A stretch of 64,000 nt of DNA from Candidatus Zambryskibacteria bacterium CG10_big_fil_rev_8_21_14_0_10_42_12 (GCA_002787695.1 PCXL01000011.1:138250-202249); one strand, 5' to 3'; shown: positions 17,616 through 26,187, numbered from the stretch's first letter. Numbers and translations: made by a program. The notes: generated by a model not told the origin, from the letters alone.

Positions 17616-19640
17616 TTAGTTAGTTGCGAGTGCCTCTGTTTGTTCTTCTAGTTTTGGAATGATGAGTTCAGTATCGTGTGAGATAAGTGCCTGTTCACCA
17701 TTTGGTAAGAATGAGATCTTGTCTGTGTTCTTGTCTCGAATAAAGATCCACTTTGAACCCTCGTTGTAATACGTAGTTGCCAAGTACCAAAGCGTTTCCC
17801 CATAAACAACACGATGAACCGCGAGAATGTCATCGTTGAAGGCGATAAATTTGTAATTATCTGAAGATAGTTCCTGATTAGCGCTTCGGTATGTTGTTGT
17901 ACTTGTGTTTCTCAAGATATCAATCTGGCTATCCGTGTTAGAACTAATACTATATAGACTCCCCGCTATTGTGCTAATAATTATTAGAACTAATATCGGT
18001 ATTGTGTATGAGCTTTTAATTTTAATTGGGTTTAAAGTAGTAACTCGCTTCAGTGCCCTTTCTCTAACATTTAGTCCGTGCCAGCTATTGATAACTGTCT
18101 GCGAGAACCCATAGATGAGAATGATAGACCATGCCCAAAGTAATATATTGGTTGTAACTTGGTCAGGCGTTAATCTTAATATACTTCCAATAATACTTAG
18201 AGATAACATAAGTATAATTATCTTTTGGACGAGAGTTTCTTTCCAATACCACGCATGTTGATGGAACTTTCTCGTCACTTTATATGCCGGTTTTCTATTA
18301 GGACCATTGAACAGTGCCTGAAAAAAGGCGGCAACAAAGACGGGAGATAGGCCTAACCAGGTTTGTCGTGCGAGTAGTTGTTCCTTGTAAGAGATTCCCC
18401 ATATTTCTGCTAAATAATAAAGTTCCATAGCAACTGTAAGAAATGCTAATGAAATAAGGAATGAGAGGGAAGTGCTATCTACTGGAGAAACTCCAAGTCC
18501 TAATGTTGTCGCTAAACTAATAGCGAAGATTAAAAATGAGAAGCTTTGTACATATGCGAATTGCAACTCAAAGAACTGCAGCTTTTGTCTCAAAGAGAAC
18601 CCCTTAACAAATAATGGATTTTTGAAGAAAAATAGACGTAGGGTATCTATTGCCCATGTACCACGTTGTTTAAAGTGGTTTGGAATATCTTCTGGTGAGA
18701 TTTGGGCAACAGTACCTACAGTATAGAGGTACTCACCCTTACCGCCTTTTCGGAGTATTTCATATCCAGATTGGAGATCTTCCACAAGGTTCCATGCAGG
18801 AAATCCACCAATTTTTTCAAGTTCTGATTTTCTCCACACAAGTCCAGTACCACAAGGGAAAGCAGCGTTTGCTGCTAATCTTGATGGCATAATACGTCGG
18901 TAAAAAACGGTTGCCATGTTGTGGAACGGGTCACCTTTAGTTGTTTGTGTTTCTTTAATTGTTTGTACGAAAGAAAGTTCTCTATCATCTGTAAGTGATC
19001 GTAGACAATACGAAAGAAAGTTCTTTGTACCAACAAGGTCGTCAGCATCTCGAGTTTCAATAAATTCTATCTTTGGATAATTCTGATTTATGAAATCAAA
19101 AGCGTAGTTTAAGTTACCTGCCTTGCTCTCTCCTTTTCGTTGCGGGTGGTCTTTTGCATGTGGCAGAACATAGTGGATATCTGCACCAGTTGTTTTTCTT
19201 AGTTTGAGAATTGCTTTTTCAAGTTCCGGATTTCTTGCGTCATCACTAACTACTATAACCATTTTTTCTTTTGGCCAGTCTTGTTCGATTACTGACTTCG
19301 CGGTGTTTATAACCATGTCTACAGGCTCTTCATATGTTGGGATAAGAGTAGCAACCAGTGGCTTCTCTTTGTCTTCAAGGAATTTAAGAGGTCTCTTAAA
19401 CTTAAAATTCCAACGATTAATGACCATGACTAGACCACCAATAGTGATCAGGGTTATTGCAAACACGAATATATATCCGTAAATAGTAGTAAAGAAAGAA
19501 GAGTGATTTATGTTTGAGATTGCCCAATTAAGGTTCCAGATAAGTGATACGGCAAAAAGAATACCTGTAAGACGTACTGCATTAACCCAAAGGGTCTCTT
19601 TGTGGGTGTTTTTCTGTATTTTAGCGTTGTTTTTCTTCAT
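17616..19640 (-). CDS. Membrane glycosyltransferase family 2 (cellulose-synthase-like) with a C-terminal LysM-like segment
   Basis: N-terminal transmembrane helices, a GT-A core (LIPTYEEP...VVSDDARNPE...TRDADD), a QRGTW motif in the Q(R/Q)xRW position, further transmembrane helices, and the C-terminal segment HRVVYGETLWYLATTYY. Confidence 0.65.
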   Translation of the reverse strand: MKKNNAKIQKNTHKETLWVNAVRLTGILFAVSLIWNLNWAISNINHSSFFTTIYGYIFVFAITLITIGGLVMVINRWNFKFKRPLKFLEDKEKPLVATLIPTYEEPVDMVINTAKSVIEQDWPKEKMVIVVSDDARNPELEKAILKLRKTTGADIHYVLPHAKDHPQRKGESKAGNLNYAFDFINQNYPKIEFIETRDADDLVGTKNFLSYCLRSLTDDRELSFVQTIKETQTTKGDPFHNMATVFYRRIMPSRLAANAAFPCGTGLVWRKSELEKIGGFPAWNLVEDLQSGYEILRKGGKGEYLYTVGTVAQISPEDIPNHFKQRGTWAIDTLRLFFFKNPLFVKGFSLRQKLQFFELQFAYVQSFSFLIFAISLATTLGLGVSPVDSTSLSFLISLAFLTVAMELYYLAEIWGISYKEQLLARQTWLGLSPVFVAAFFQALFNGPNRKPAYKVTRKFHQHAWYWKETLVQKIIILMLSLSIIGSILRLTPDQVTTNILLWAWSIILIYGFSQTVINSWHGLNVRERALKRVTTLNPIKIKSSYTIPILVLIIISTIAGSLYSISSNTDSQIDILRNTSTTTYRSANQELSSDNYKFIAFNDDILAVHRVVYGETLWYLATTYYNEGSKWIFIRDKNTDKISFLPNGEQALISHDTELIIPKLEEQTEALATN

Positions 19641-19806
19641 GAACGTTTATTTTATTGCCTCAATCTCAAATTAATAAATTTTAGAAGCAAGGCATAATTT
19701 TACATATATTTGTATAAAAGTCAACTATATGTCATAATAATATATAAAAGTGCTTTTGTAGAGCCGTATTTTTGTCACATAAAGATCAAAAAAGTCTTCT
19801 GATATA

Positions 19807-20847
19807 ATGATTCCCATGGCGTATATCGCACTCTATCGAAAATACAGACCACAGAAGTTTTCTGATGTTATTGGACAGGATGTAGTGGTCTCACAGCTCT
19901 CTGAGCAAATCAAAAATAAAACGATCGCTCATGCGCATCTCTTTTCAGGTGGACGTGGAACAGGTAAAACATCGGTGGCACGCATTTTTGCCAGAGAAAT
20001 AGGATGTAGCGATGAGGATATTTACGAAATTGACGCCGCGTCAAACAGAAGTATTGATGATGTGCGTGCCATTCGTGATGTCGTGCATATCTCTCCATTT
20101 TCTTCTCCATACAAAATTTACATAGTGGACGAGGCGCACATGCTCACCAAAGAGGCATGGAATGCGCTTCTCAAAACTCTGGAGGAACCGCCGGCACATG
20201 TCATTTTTATCTTAGCAACGACGGAAAAACACAAAGTGCCAGATACGATTATTTCCCGCTGTCAGGTATTTGATTTTCGAAAGCCGTCTCGTGCCGAGCT
20301 CGTACAAACGATAGAAAAAGTTGCTAAAGCCGAAAAATATTCATTACCCAAGGCAGGTGCTGAACATATTGCACTCCTCGGTGATGGGTCGTACCGCGAT
20401 ACGTACGGAATTTTGGAAAAAGTGATTCAATCGTCAAAAGATACAAAGATAACGCTTGATGAAATTTTAGAAGTTACTGGTGCGCCACAGAGTGACTTGG
20501 TACTGAATGTCATCAAGTATGTTGGGGAGAAAAAAGCGGATGATGCAATTGGTGAAATACAAAAGGCGAGCGTTAAGGGTGTAGATATGAAAGTGTTTAT
20601 GGAACTACTGCTCTTGAGACTTCGTCTCGTACTCTTGATCCGCTATGCTCCAAAGACGGGGAATATATTAAAAGAATCAGTTCCAGAAGAAGAACAAAAG
20701 ACACTCGAAGAAATGGCAAAGGATAAAGATCTAAAATTTACAGGAGAGACTCTCCTCGCATTTCTCGATGCTTCTAAAATGCTTTCATTTGCAACGGTGC
20801 CTGAACTCCCTATAGAACTCGCTATTATAAAATTGTGTGAAAAGTAG
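19807..20847 (+). CDS. dnaX: DNA polymerase III subunit gamma/tau (short form, 346 aa)
   Basis: YIALYRKYRPQKFSDVIGQ, Walker A GGRGTGKTS, and the clamp-loader motifs DEAHML and SRCQVFDF. The likely start is MAYIALY at 19816. Confidence 0.9.
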   Translation: MIPMAYIALYRKYRPQKFSDVIGQDVVVSQLSEQIKNKTIAHAHLFSGGRGTGKTSVARIFAREIGCSDEDIYEIDAASNRSIDDVRAIRDVVHISPFSSPYKIYIVDEAHMLTKEAWNALLKTLEEPPAHVIFILATTEKHKVPDTIISRCQVFDFRKPSRAELVQTIEKVAKAEKYSLPKAGAEHIALLGDGSYRDTYGILEKVIQSSKDTKITLDEILEVTGAPQSDLVLNVIKYVGEKKADDAIGEIQKASVKGVDMKVFMELLLLRLRLVLLIRYAPKTGNILKESVPEEEQKTLEEMAKDKDLKFTGETLLAFLDASKMLSFATVPELPIELAIIKLCEK

Positions 20848-20952
20848 AATCGGTGCCACAATGTGGTTTGCTTTCTTTTGGTTGGCTAATTCAAATCGAT
20901 TTTTTGTTAATTAGAGAGTGCCCGAGACCACGTGTGGTCCCGGGCATTGCGC

Positions 20953-21072
20953 TTAGCCGTTGTTCATCGTCAGCAGCAGTAAGACGAGTCCGAGGAAGGC
21001 AAGGAAGTTTTTGAGGATGCGTTTAGTACGGCCGATTACTGGCGGGTAGTAACGTTCGTTGACGGACATGGC
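20953..21072 (-). CDS. Candidate 39-aa hydrophobic peptide (MSVNERYYPPVIGRTKRILKNFLAFLGLVLLLLTMNNG)
   Basis: AGGAG lies 5 nt upstream of the ATG and a hairpin terminator follows (gcccgagaccac / gtggtcccgggc). Not in the ORF track because it is under 60 aa. Confidence 0.25.
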   Translation of the reverse strand, partial: AMSVNERYYPPVIGRTKRILKNFLAFLGLVLLLLTMNNG

Positions 21073-21322
21073 GGAACTCCTACTAATAGATTGAGGTTCT
21101 TCATGTATGTTGTCAAACAAAACTGTTGATATAGAAAAAAGCGTTGATTTTTGCTACACTTGCCTCGTATCTGTATTGCTCCGAGATCGCTCGCCTCGCG
21201 TCGAGGAGCTTGCGAGTCGAGGCGGGTCTAATGCTCCCATTTTGTTCAAGAGCTAAGCGATTGAATACAAAACGCAGTGCGCCGAAGCTTTAGCGGAGGC
21301 GTAGTAGGACACAGTGAAATTT

Positions 21323-21393
21323 TGCGGGATCGTCTAATGGTAGGACACCAGGTTTTGGTCCTGGGTATCTAGGTTCGAGTCCTAGTCCCGCAG
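21323..21393 (+). tRNA. tRNA-Gln (anticodon UUG)
   Basis: Manual cloverleaf: acceptor tgcggga/tcccgca with the U1-A72 pair and G73 typical of tRNA-Gln, D-arm gtct-aatggta-ggac, anticodon loop ttttggt (34-36 = TTG), T-arm ctagg-ttcgagt-cctag. It is followed by hairpin tgggatat-gac-atatccca. Confidence 0.8.
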
Positions 21394-21656
21394 CCTAAAA
21401 CAAAAGATTGGGATATGACATATCCCAAGAGTATTGTTTTACTGTAGAGACAGGACTCGAACGGCGGAGCGCACAAAGTCCGAGCATAGCAATGCGAGGG
21501 CGCGAGCCGGTGCCCAGACCTTGTATGAGTGACGACGAGTACAAGAGTCGAGGGAGAGAAGCGAAGCGGTCCTAGTCCCGCAGCAATGAACAGAAGCAAG
21601 AAATAAGTCTAATGGCCAGTCTCGCCAAAGCGTGAGCCTAGGCGGATAGGACGCTT

Positions 21657-21717
21657 GGTTTTGGTCCTGGGTATCTAGGTTCGAGTCCTAGTCCCGCAGC
21701 CTAAAACAAAAGATTGG
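21657..21717 (+). repeat. 61-bp exact direct repeat of the tRNA-Gln 3' half plus flank (ggttttggtcctgg...cccgcagcctaaaacaaaagattgg); a pseudo-tRNA attachment-site-like scar
   Basis: Identical to 21351-21412. The upstream part (gtctaatgg + 32-nt insert + aggacgcttgg) resembles the tRNA-Gln D and anticodon arms but carries mutations and lacks the acceptor 5' strand. Further tRNA-Gln fragments lie at 21569-21584 (direct) and 21462-21471 (inverted T-arm). Confidence 0.55.
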
Positions 21718-21745
21718 AATAAGTGGTATTTGATATAATAGTCAT

Positions 21746-22036
21746 ATGAAAGTACGGCACATTTTACGAGTAACACTCATTACAGGACTCATATTGCTTG
21801 TGCCTTTAGTATTGCAACTGACTATCGGTAGTGGTATAGATGGTCAAGGTTTCAACTGGAAACTGAATGACTTTGTGTTTATGGGAGGTTTGATATTTAT
21901 AGCTGGGCTTTTGATTGATGTGGCGAGAAGAAAAATGGGCAAGAATCGATTGATTGCGATTGGTGTGATTGTCGTACTGTTCCTCTGGCTCTGGGCAGAG
22001 CTTGCGGTTGGTGTGTTTACAAATTGGGGGAGTTAA
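21746..22036 (+). CDS. Hypothetical small membrane protein (3 transmembrane helices)
   Basis: 96-aa ORF with hydrophobic stretches (LITGLILLVPLVLQL; FMGGLIFIAGLLI; IGVIVVLFLWLWA). Confidence 0.4.
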   Translation: MKVRHILRVTLITGLILLVPLVLQLTIGSGIDGQGFNWKLNDFVFMGGLIFIAGLLIDVARRKMGKNRLIAIGVIVVLFLWLWAELAVGVFTNWGS

Positions 22037-22049
22037 TTTTTTAATATAT

Positions 22050-22415
22050 ATGGCTACATACGTAGATGGGTTTGTATTTTCAGTACCGAAAGATAAGCGA
22101 AACCAGTATAAGAAAATTGCGCGTGAAGCGAAAGATGTGTGGAAAAAATTTGGCGCACTCGACTATAAAGAATGCCGTGCTGACGATGTAACACCACCGT
22201 TGGTCACGTTTACATTTCCTAAAATGGCAAAGACTAAAGAAGATGAAGAGGTCTGGTTCTCTTTTATTGTTTTTAAGTCAAAAAAAGAACGTAACGAAAT
22301 AAACAAAAAAGTTATGGCATACTTTGATGAAAAATATAAAGGTAAAAATATGCCGATGCCGTTTGATATGAAGCGCTTTGCGTACGGTGGCTTTACAACA
22401 GAGGTTGAAATGTAG
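22050..22415 (+). CDS. DUF1428 (YbaA-like) family protein
   Basis: MATYVDGFVFSVPKDKRNQYKKIAREAKDVWKKFGALDYKECRADDV resembles the DUF1428 N-terminus. Start chosen at ATG 22050. Confidence 0.55.
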   Translation: MATYVDGFVFSVPKDKRNQYKKIAREAKDVWKKFGALDYKECRADDVTPPLVTFTFPKMAKTKEDEEVWFSFIVFKSKKERNEINKKVMAYFDEKYKGKNMPMPFDMKRFAYGGFTTEVEM

Positions 22416-22476
22416 AGTCTGGTAGACAAAAAATAGACCTTACATACAATGGATATGTGCGTAATTTGTTAAATGT

Positions 22477-22854
22477 ATGAAAAAGATACTTATAATTATT
22501 GTACTTATATTGGTTGTGGGCGGGTTGTGGTATGTCATGGGTAGAGGTGATAGCGCGACACCAGAAAACGCGACTGAAAATGGATCTGTAGTGAGTGGTG
22601 TAGTGATCGGAGTTGATATGGAAGGTGTGGCAGTAGATGGTCCTGCGCTTGTTATGATTGAGACGGAGGAAGGCGACGTGAAGACGATCGCGATTCCATC
22701 TATGGGAATTTTGCTCTGTGAAGCATCTCGTATTGATGATGTGTTTGCAGTAAAAGCAGGAGATCGTGTGAGAGTTCAGGGAGACATAACACCGGACGGA
22801 TACATTTTACCGTGTGAAGAGGAGGAGCATTATTTTGAAGTGAGTGCAATATAA
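22477..22854 (+). CDS. Hypothetical secreted protein
   Basis: Signal/transmembrane segment KKILIIIVLILVVGGLWYV, then an acidic, Gly/Val-rich body. Confidence 0.45.
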   Translation: MKKILIIIVLILVVGGLWYVMGRGDSATPENATENGSVVSGVVIGVDMEGVAVDGPALVMIETEEGDVKTIAIPSMGILLCEASRIDDVFAVKAGDRVRVQGDITPDGYILPCEEEEHYFEVSAI

Positions 22855-22862
22855 AAATATGT

Positions 22863-22907
22863 AAAGCACGAAAAAACCTCCTAAAATAGGAGGTTTTTTC
22901 GTGCTTT
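22863..22907 (+). terminator. Intrinsic terminator
   Basis: aaagcacgaaaaaacctcc-taaaat-aggaggttttttcgtgcttt is a long perfect stem with a T-run. Confidence 0.7.
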
Positions 22908-23876
22908 ATGGCTTTCCGAATATCTTTTTCGTATAGTGAACATATGGAAAAAGTGGCTAAACTAGGCATAAAGTGCGTACTCCATGGAAGTTTCAGAAAG
23001 CATTTTGATCTCATTCAACAAACGCGCCAGGTTTTTACGGATGCAGGCATAGAGGTTATCGCACCCAAACTGTCTGATATAGCAGGAGAAAAGGATGGTT
23101 TTGCATATCTTGAAGGAGAAGAAAACGCTGACCCAAGACTGATTGAACTTCTGTATCTCCACAATCTAAAAGATCTCGGACAAAATGGATTTAGTTATTT
23201 TGTAAATCCGGAAGGGTATATTGGAAAAAGTGTGTCGTACGAACTGGGTATTGCACAGCTCTCAAACATACGATGTTTTTTTATGGAAAACCCGAATGAT
23301 CATCCGGCTTATGTACATAAAAATTCTGTGTGGAAGCCTGAAAAACTTGCCGAATATATATTGGATAAAGGTGTACCACCCGACCCTCTCATCAAAAGAA
23401 ATGAAAAAGCACTTCATAAACTATGGGAAGATTTGATGGTGCCAGGTTCTATTGTGGCAGCAGGCGCGATGATTCAATATGAACCGAGGAAGACGACAGA
23501 TAAAAAGGAAATTCTCTTGGTAAAAACACACAAATGGGGAGACAGATATTCTATGGTGGGTGGAAAGGTGCGTCGAAATGAATTGTTTAAAGATGCTTTG
23601 TTGCGCGAAGTGAAAGAAGAAACTGGTCTTTCTGGGAAAGTTGATAGACATGTTTGTACCTTTGATCAAATAAAAAACTCCGGCTATTACAGATCAGGCA
23701 TTCAGCATATTTTTATTGATAACGTAGTAAAAGTGGACAGCAGACGAGTGACACTTAATGAAGAGGCGCAAGACTATATATGGATTACGGCAGAAGAAGC
23801 ACTGGCGTCTCTTCATATTGAACCAAATGCGCGACATACCATAGAGTTATATATAAATTTAATGCCACAACGATGA
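22908..23876 (+). CDS. Two-domain protein: N-terminal nucleoside 2-deoxyribosyltransferase-like (NDT/Rcl-like) fold fused to a C-terminal NUDIX hydrolase
   Basis: The C-terminus carries a perfect Nudix box, GGKVRRNELFKDALLREVKEETG (G-x5-E-x7-REVxEEtG). The N-terminus has VLHGSF (compare YLAGPFF) and GKSVSYELGIAQ (compare DSGTAFEIGYA), both typical of the NDT-like superfamily. The start may be 22944, since the terminator abuts 22908. Confidence 0.65.
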   Translation: MAFRISFSYSEHMEKVAKLGIKCVLHGSFRKHFDLIQQTRQVFTDAGIEVIAPKLSDIAGEKDGFAYLEGEENADPRLIELLYLHNLKDLGQNGFSYFVNPEGYIGKSVSYELGIAQLSNIRCFFMENPNDHPAYVHKNSVWKPEKLAEYILDKGVPPDPLIKRNEKALHKLWEDLMVPGSIVAAGAMIQYEPRKTTDKKEILLVKTHKWGDRYSMVGGKVRRNELFKDALLREVKEETGLSGKVDRHVCTFDQIKNSGYYRSGIQHIFIDNVVKVDSRRVTLNEEAQDYIWITAEEALASLHIEPNARHTIELYINLMPQR

Positions 23877-24072
23877 AAAATATTCTTCATAAGATTTTAA
23901 TCTGAAAATTTTATAATGGGTATGACACCAACGGATCAATAATATACATATATAAAAAGCGTTGTGTGTCTCATAAAGGGCAAACCGTTCTCGGTTTGCC
24001 CTTTATGATAGTTTTGGAAATTCCGTTAAAATATCCTGCGCAAGCCGGACCCTGTTTTGATATAATAAAGCT

Positions 24073-24366
24073 GTGCGTATCATCAAAACATATCTCGAAT
24101 ACGTAAAAGATAACCCGGAAGGGTATTGGTTTAAGAGAAAGCTTTTTGGCTGGGGTTGGACGCCTGTTACATGGCAAGGCTGGTTGATTATACTTGTATA
24201 TATAGGACTAGTGCTTGCATTTGCGTTTACCATTGATGAATCCTCATCAGATTCGGAGGTAGTATTTACTTTCATTTTGCCTGTTGTGCTACTCACCATT
24301 ACACTCATTCGTATTGGATATAAAAAAGGTGAAAAACCAAAGTGGCAATGGGGATTGCCCAAGTAA
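24073..24366 (+). CDS. Hypothetical 2-transmembrane membrane protein
   Basis: 97-aa ORF (WLIILVYIGLVLAFAF; FTFILPVVLLTITLI). An upstream hairpin at 23978-24010 (aaagggcaaaccg-ttct-cggtttgcccttt) acts as a terminator for the preceding gene. Confidence 0.4.
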   Translation: MRIIKTYLEYVKDNPEGYWFKRKLFGWGWTPVTWQGWLIILVYIGLVLAFAFTIDESSSDSEVVFTFILPVVLLTITLIRIGYKKGEKPKWQWGLPK

Positions 24367-24407
24367 GGGCAAGACTGAAGTGGTAAAAAATGGATGTATT
24401 GTAAGAA

Positions 24408-25340
24408 TTGGAAACATCAGCGTCTTATAATGTACATATGAAAAATATAAATTATATATTGGGAATTGGGGCGATAATTATTCTTACATTGATTGGATTC
24501 TTTGTGTTTTCAAATGGTTCGGCGAAGTATATATCAGAAGTAGATAGTGCTCTTGAGGATCTTGGAGAGCAATTGGCAGATGCGCAGGAAGAAATCAGTA
24601 CAGGCACACTGACGACTGATAAGGCGACAGCAATTAAAGAGAAGATTTCAGGTAGACTGACAATAATCAATAATTCAATTGCCGGCGCATCACGTAATAC
24701 ACAATTGAATACCGAACAAAGACTGCAGATTGCAGCATCTCTTACAAAAATGAAAAACATGCTCGAACAGTATATTGAGACACTGTCGGTGATTGACCAG
24801 AGTGCGGGACGTAGTGATGAACGATTGACACAGTCGTTTAATGAAGTAGTACAGACGTTTGAAGAGCATGTAGAAGAGATTGAGCGTGAAGCGGAGGCGG
24901 AAGCGATTGAGGGTGATGGTGGTGAAGAAGAAAATAACGAGGAAGATCTTGGACAGATAGTACCAGAAGAAGGTTTTGAGGGTGAGGCCGATCCGTCGGT
25001 GATGACTCTGGGAATGACTACGTGGAATTGGATTCAAACTACATACAACAATGGTGATGTTGTAGAGCCGGACACGGCAGGAGAATTTACCCTTATTTTT
25101 AATGATGATGGCACATTTTCTGCGACGACGGATTGTAACGGAGTTGGCGGGAATTATACAACTGGAGATGGGCAACAACTGACATTTGGTGAGATGGTTT
25201 CAACACTAATGTTCTGTGAAGGATCGCAAGAAACGGAGTTTAGAGAAATGCTTGAAAATACATCTTCGTATTCGTTCACGTCTCGTGGCGAATTGGTCCT
25301 CGATCTCAAGTTTGATAGCGGATCAGTGATTTTCCGATAA
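24408..25340 (+). CDS. Membrane-anchored META-domain (HslJ-like, DUF306) protein
   Basis: N-terminal transmembrane helix, a coiled-coil/acidic linker, and a C-terminal TDCNGVGGNYTTGDGQQLTFGEMVSTLMFC segment typical of META domains. The likely start is MKNINY at 24438. Confidence 0.6.
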   Translation: METSASYNVHMKNINYILGIGAIIILTLIGFFVFSNGSAKYISEVDSALEDLGEQLADAQEEISTGTLTTDKATAIKEKISGRLTIINNSIAGASRNTQLNTEQRLQIAASLTKMKNMLEQYIETLSVIDQSAGRSDERLTQSFNEVVQTFEEHVEEIEREAEAEAIEGDGGEEENNEEDLGQIVPEEGFEGEADPSVMTLGMTTWNWIQTTYNNGDVVEPDTAGEFTLIFNDDGTFSATTDCNGVGGNYTTGDGQQLTFGEMVSTLMFCEGSQETEFREMLENTSSYSFTSRGELVLDLKFDSGSVIFR

Positions 25341-25382
25341 TACGCGTATTACATCGTTAAAGAATTCGGTATCCTTTGCAGG

Positions 25383-26036
25383 ATGTCGAATTCTTTGTAT
25401 CCTAAATACATGAAAAAGAATTATCTCATCACAGTCCTTGTGCTGTTTATTGTGGTATTAGCATTTAATAAATTTACAGAGCCACAAGAAGAAGTTCCTA
25501 GTGCCGATCTTATGAGAAACGGAACGTATACTATTAATGACGAGATGCGTCGCCGAGTCACTTTAGATGATTTCGGGGGAATACAGTATGAATTTCGAAC
25601 AGAACCAAATGGTTACATACTTGTAGAGCAAGGACTCGTAGAAGGTGATGATGCGGACCTTCAAAAAATATATGTTCTCATGTTAGAAAAAGACTACGCG
25701 GAATTTACCGACAGTACAGAACCACGCGAAGGACCGCCGGCAATCACTATGTATATTTTTGAAAATTCGCAAATCATGTTTCCGTTACAATGGGCACAAA
25801 ATCATGCAATCTATTCAAACATAAATACTGCAGCACTTGATGTAGCAGAGGTGACGGTGGGAGGAGCAAATACGATTCGGTATACTGCAGATGGATTGTA
25901 TATGACGGACAATGTAGTGGTTGCACATGGAGGGTATGTATATGTGATATCTGGCGCACATCTTGCAAATAATGATGTGTATCAGCAAGGATTTGAAAAT
26001 TTGGTAAAGAGTATAAAGTTTGTCGCAACACCTTAA
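25383..26036 (+). CDS. Hypothetical secreted protein
   Basis: N-terminal transmembrane/signal segment LITVLVLFIVVLAF and no recognised domain. Confidence 0.45.
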   Translation: MSNSLYPKYMKKNYLITVLVLFIVVLAFNKFTEPQEEVPSADLMRNGTYTINDEMRRRVTLDDFGGIQYEFRTEPNGYILVEQGLVEGDDADLQKIYVLMLEKDYAEFTDSTEPREGPPAITMYIFENSQIMFPLQWAQNHAIYSNINTAALDVAEVTVGGANTIRYTADGLYMTDNVVVAHGGYVYVISGAHLANNDVYQQGFENLVKSIKFVATP

Positions 26037-26063
26037 CAGTTGGAAGGCACTGTAAACTAGTAT

Positions 26064-26187
26064 GGTCCCGTTAGAGATCACGGACGCTTGAAGGTAAAAT
26101 ATTGGATATGTATGATTACAAAAAGTTTGTTATTAATTAACTTTAGGTCGAGGACAATACGGTCCGCGTCCTATCTCTAACGGGATG
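26064..26187 (+). promoter_or_regulatory. Copy A of a ~125-nt conserved structured element: terminal inverted repeats tcccgttagagat..cggacgc / gcgtcctatctctaacggga, whose 3' arm contains the start codon of the downstream gene
   Basis: Long-range stem of about 20 bp, an internal ggac-loop-gtcc mini-hairpin just before the 3' arm, a conserved ttaattaa in the loop closing a ~10-codon uORF (MYDYKKFVIN*), and the ATG of the 26185 gene embedded in ...taacgggATGa. A second copy lies at 48269-48390. Confidence 0.5.

Noticed and set aside
21640-21717. Calling the second tRNA-Gln-like copy a functional tRNA (possibly with a D-loop intron)
   Set aside because: There is no 5' acceptor strand complementary to tcccgca. 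The anticodon stem carries three disruptive substitutions (cttgg against ccagg). It was treated as a pseudo-tRNA or attachment-site-like repeat.
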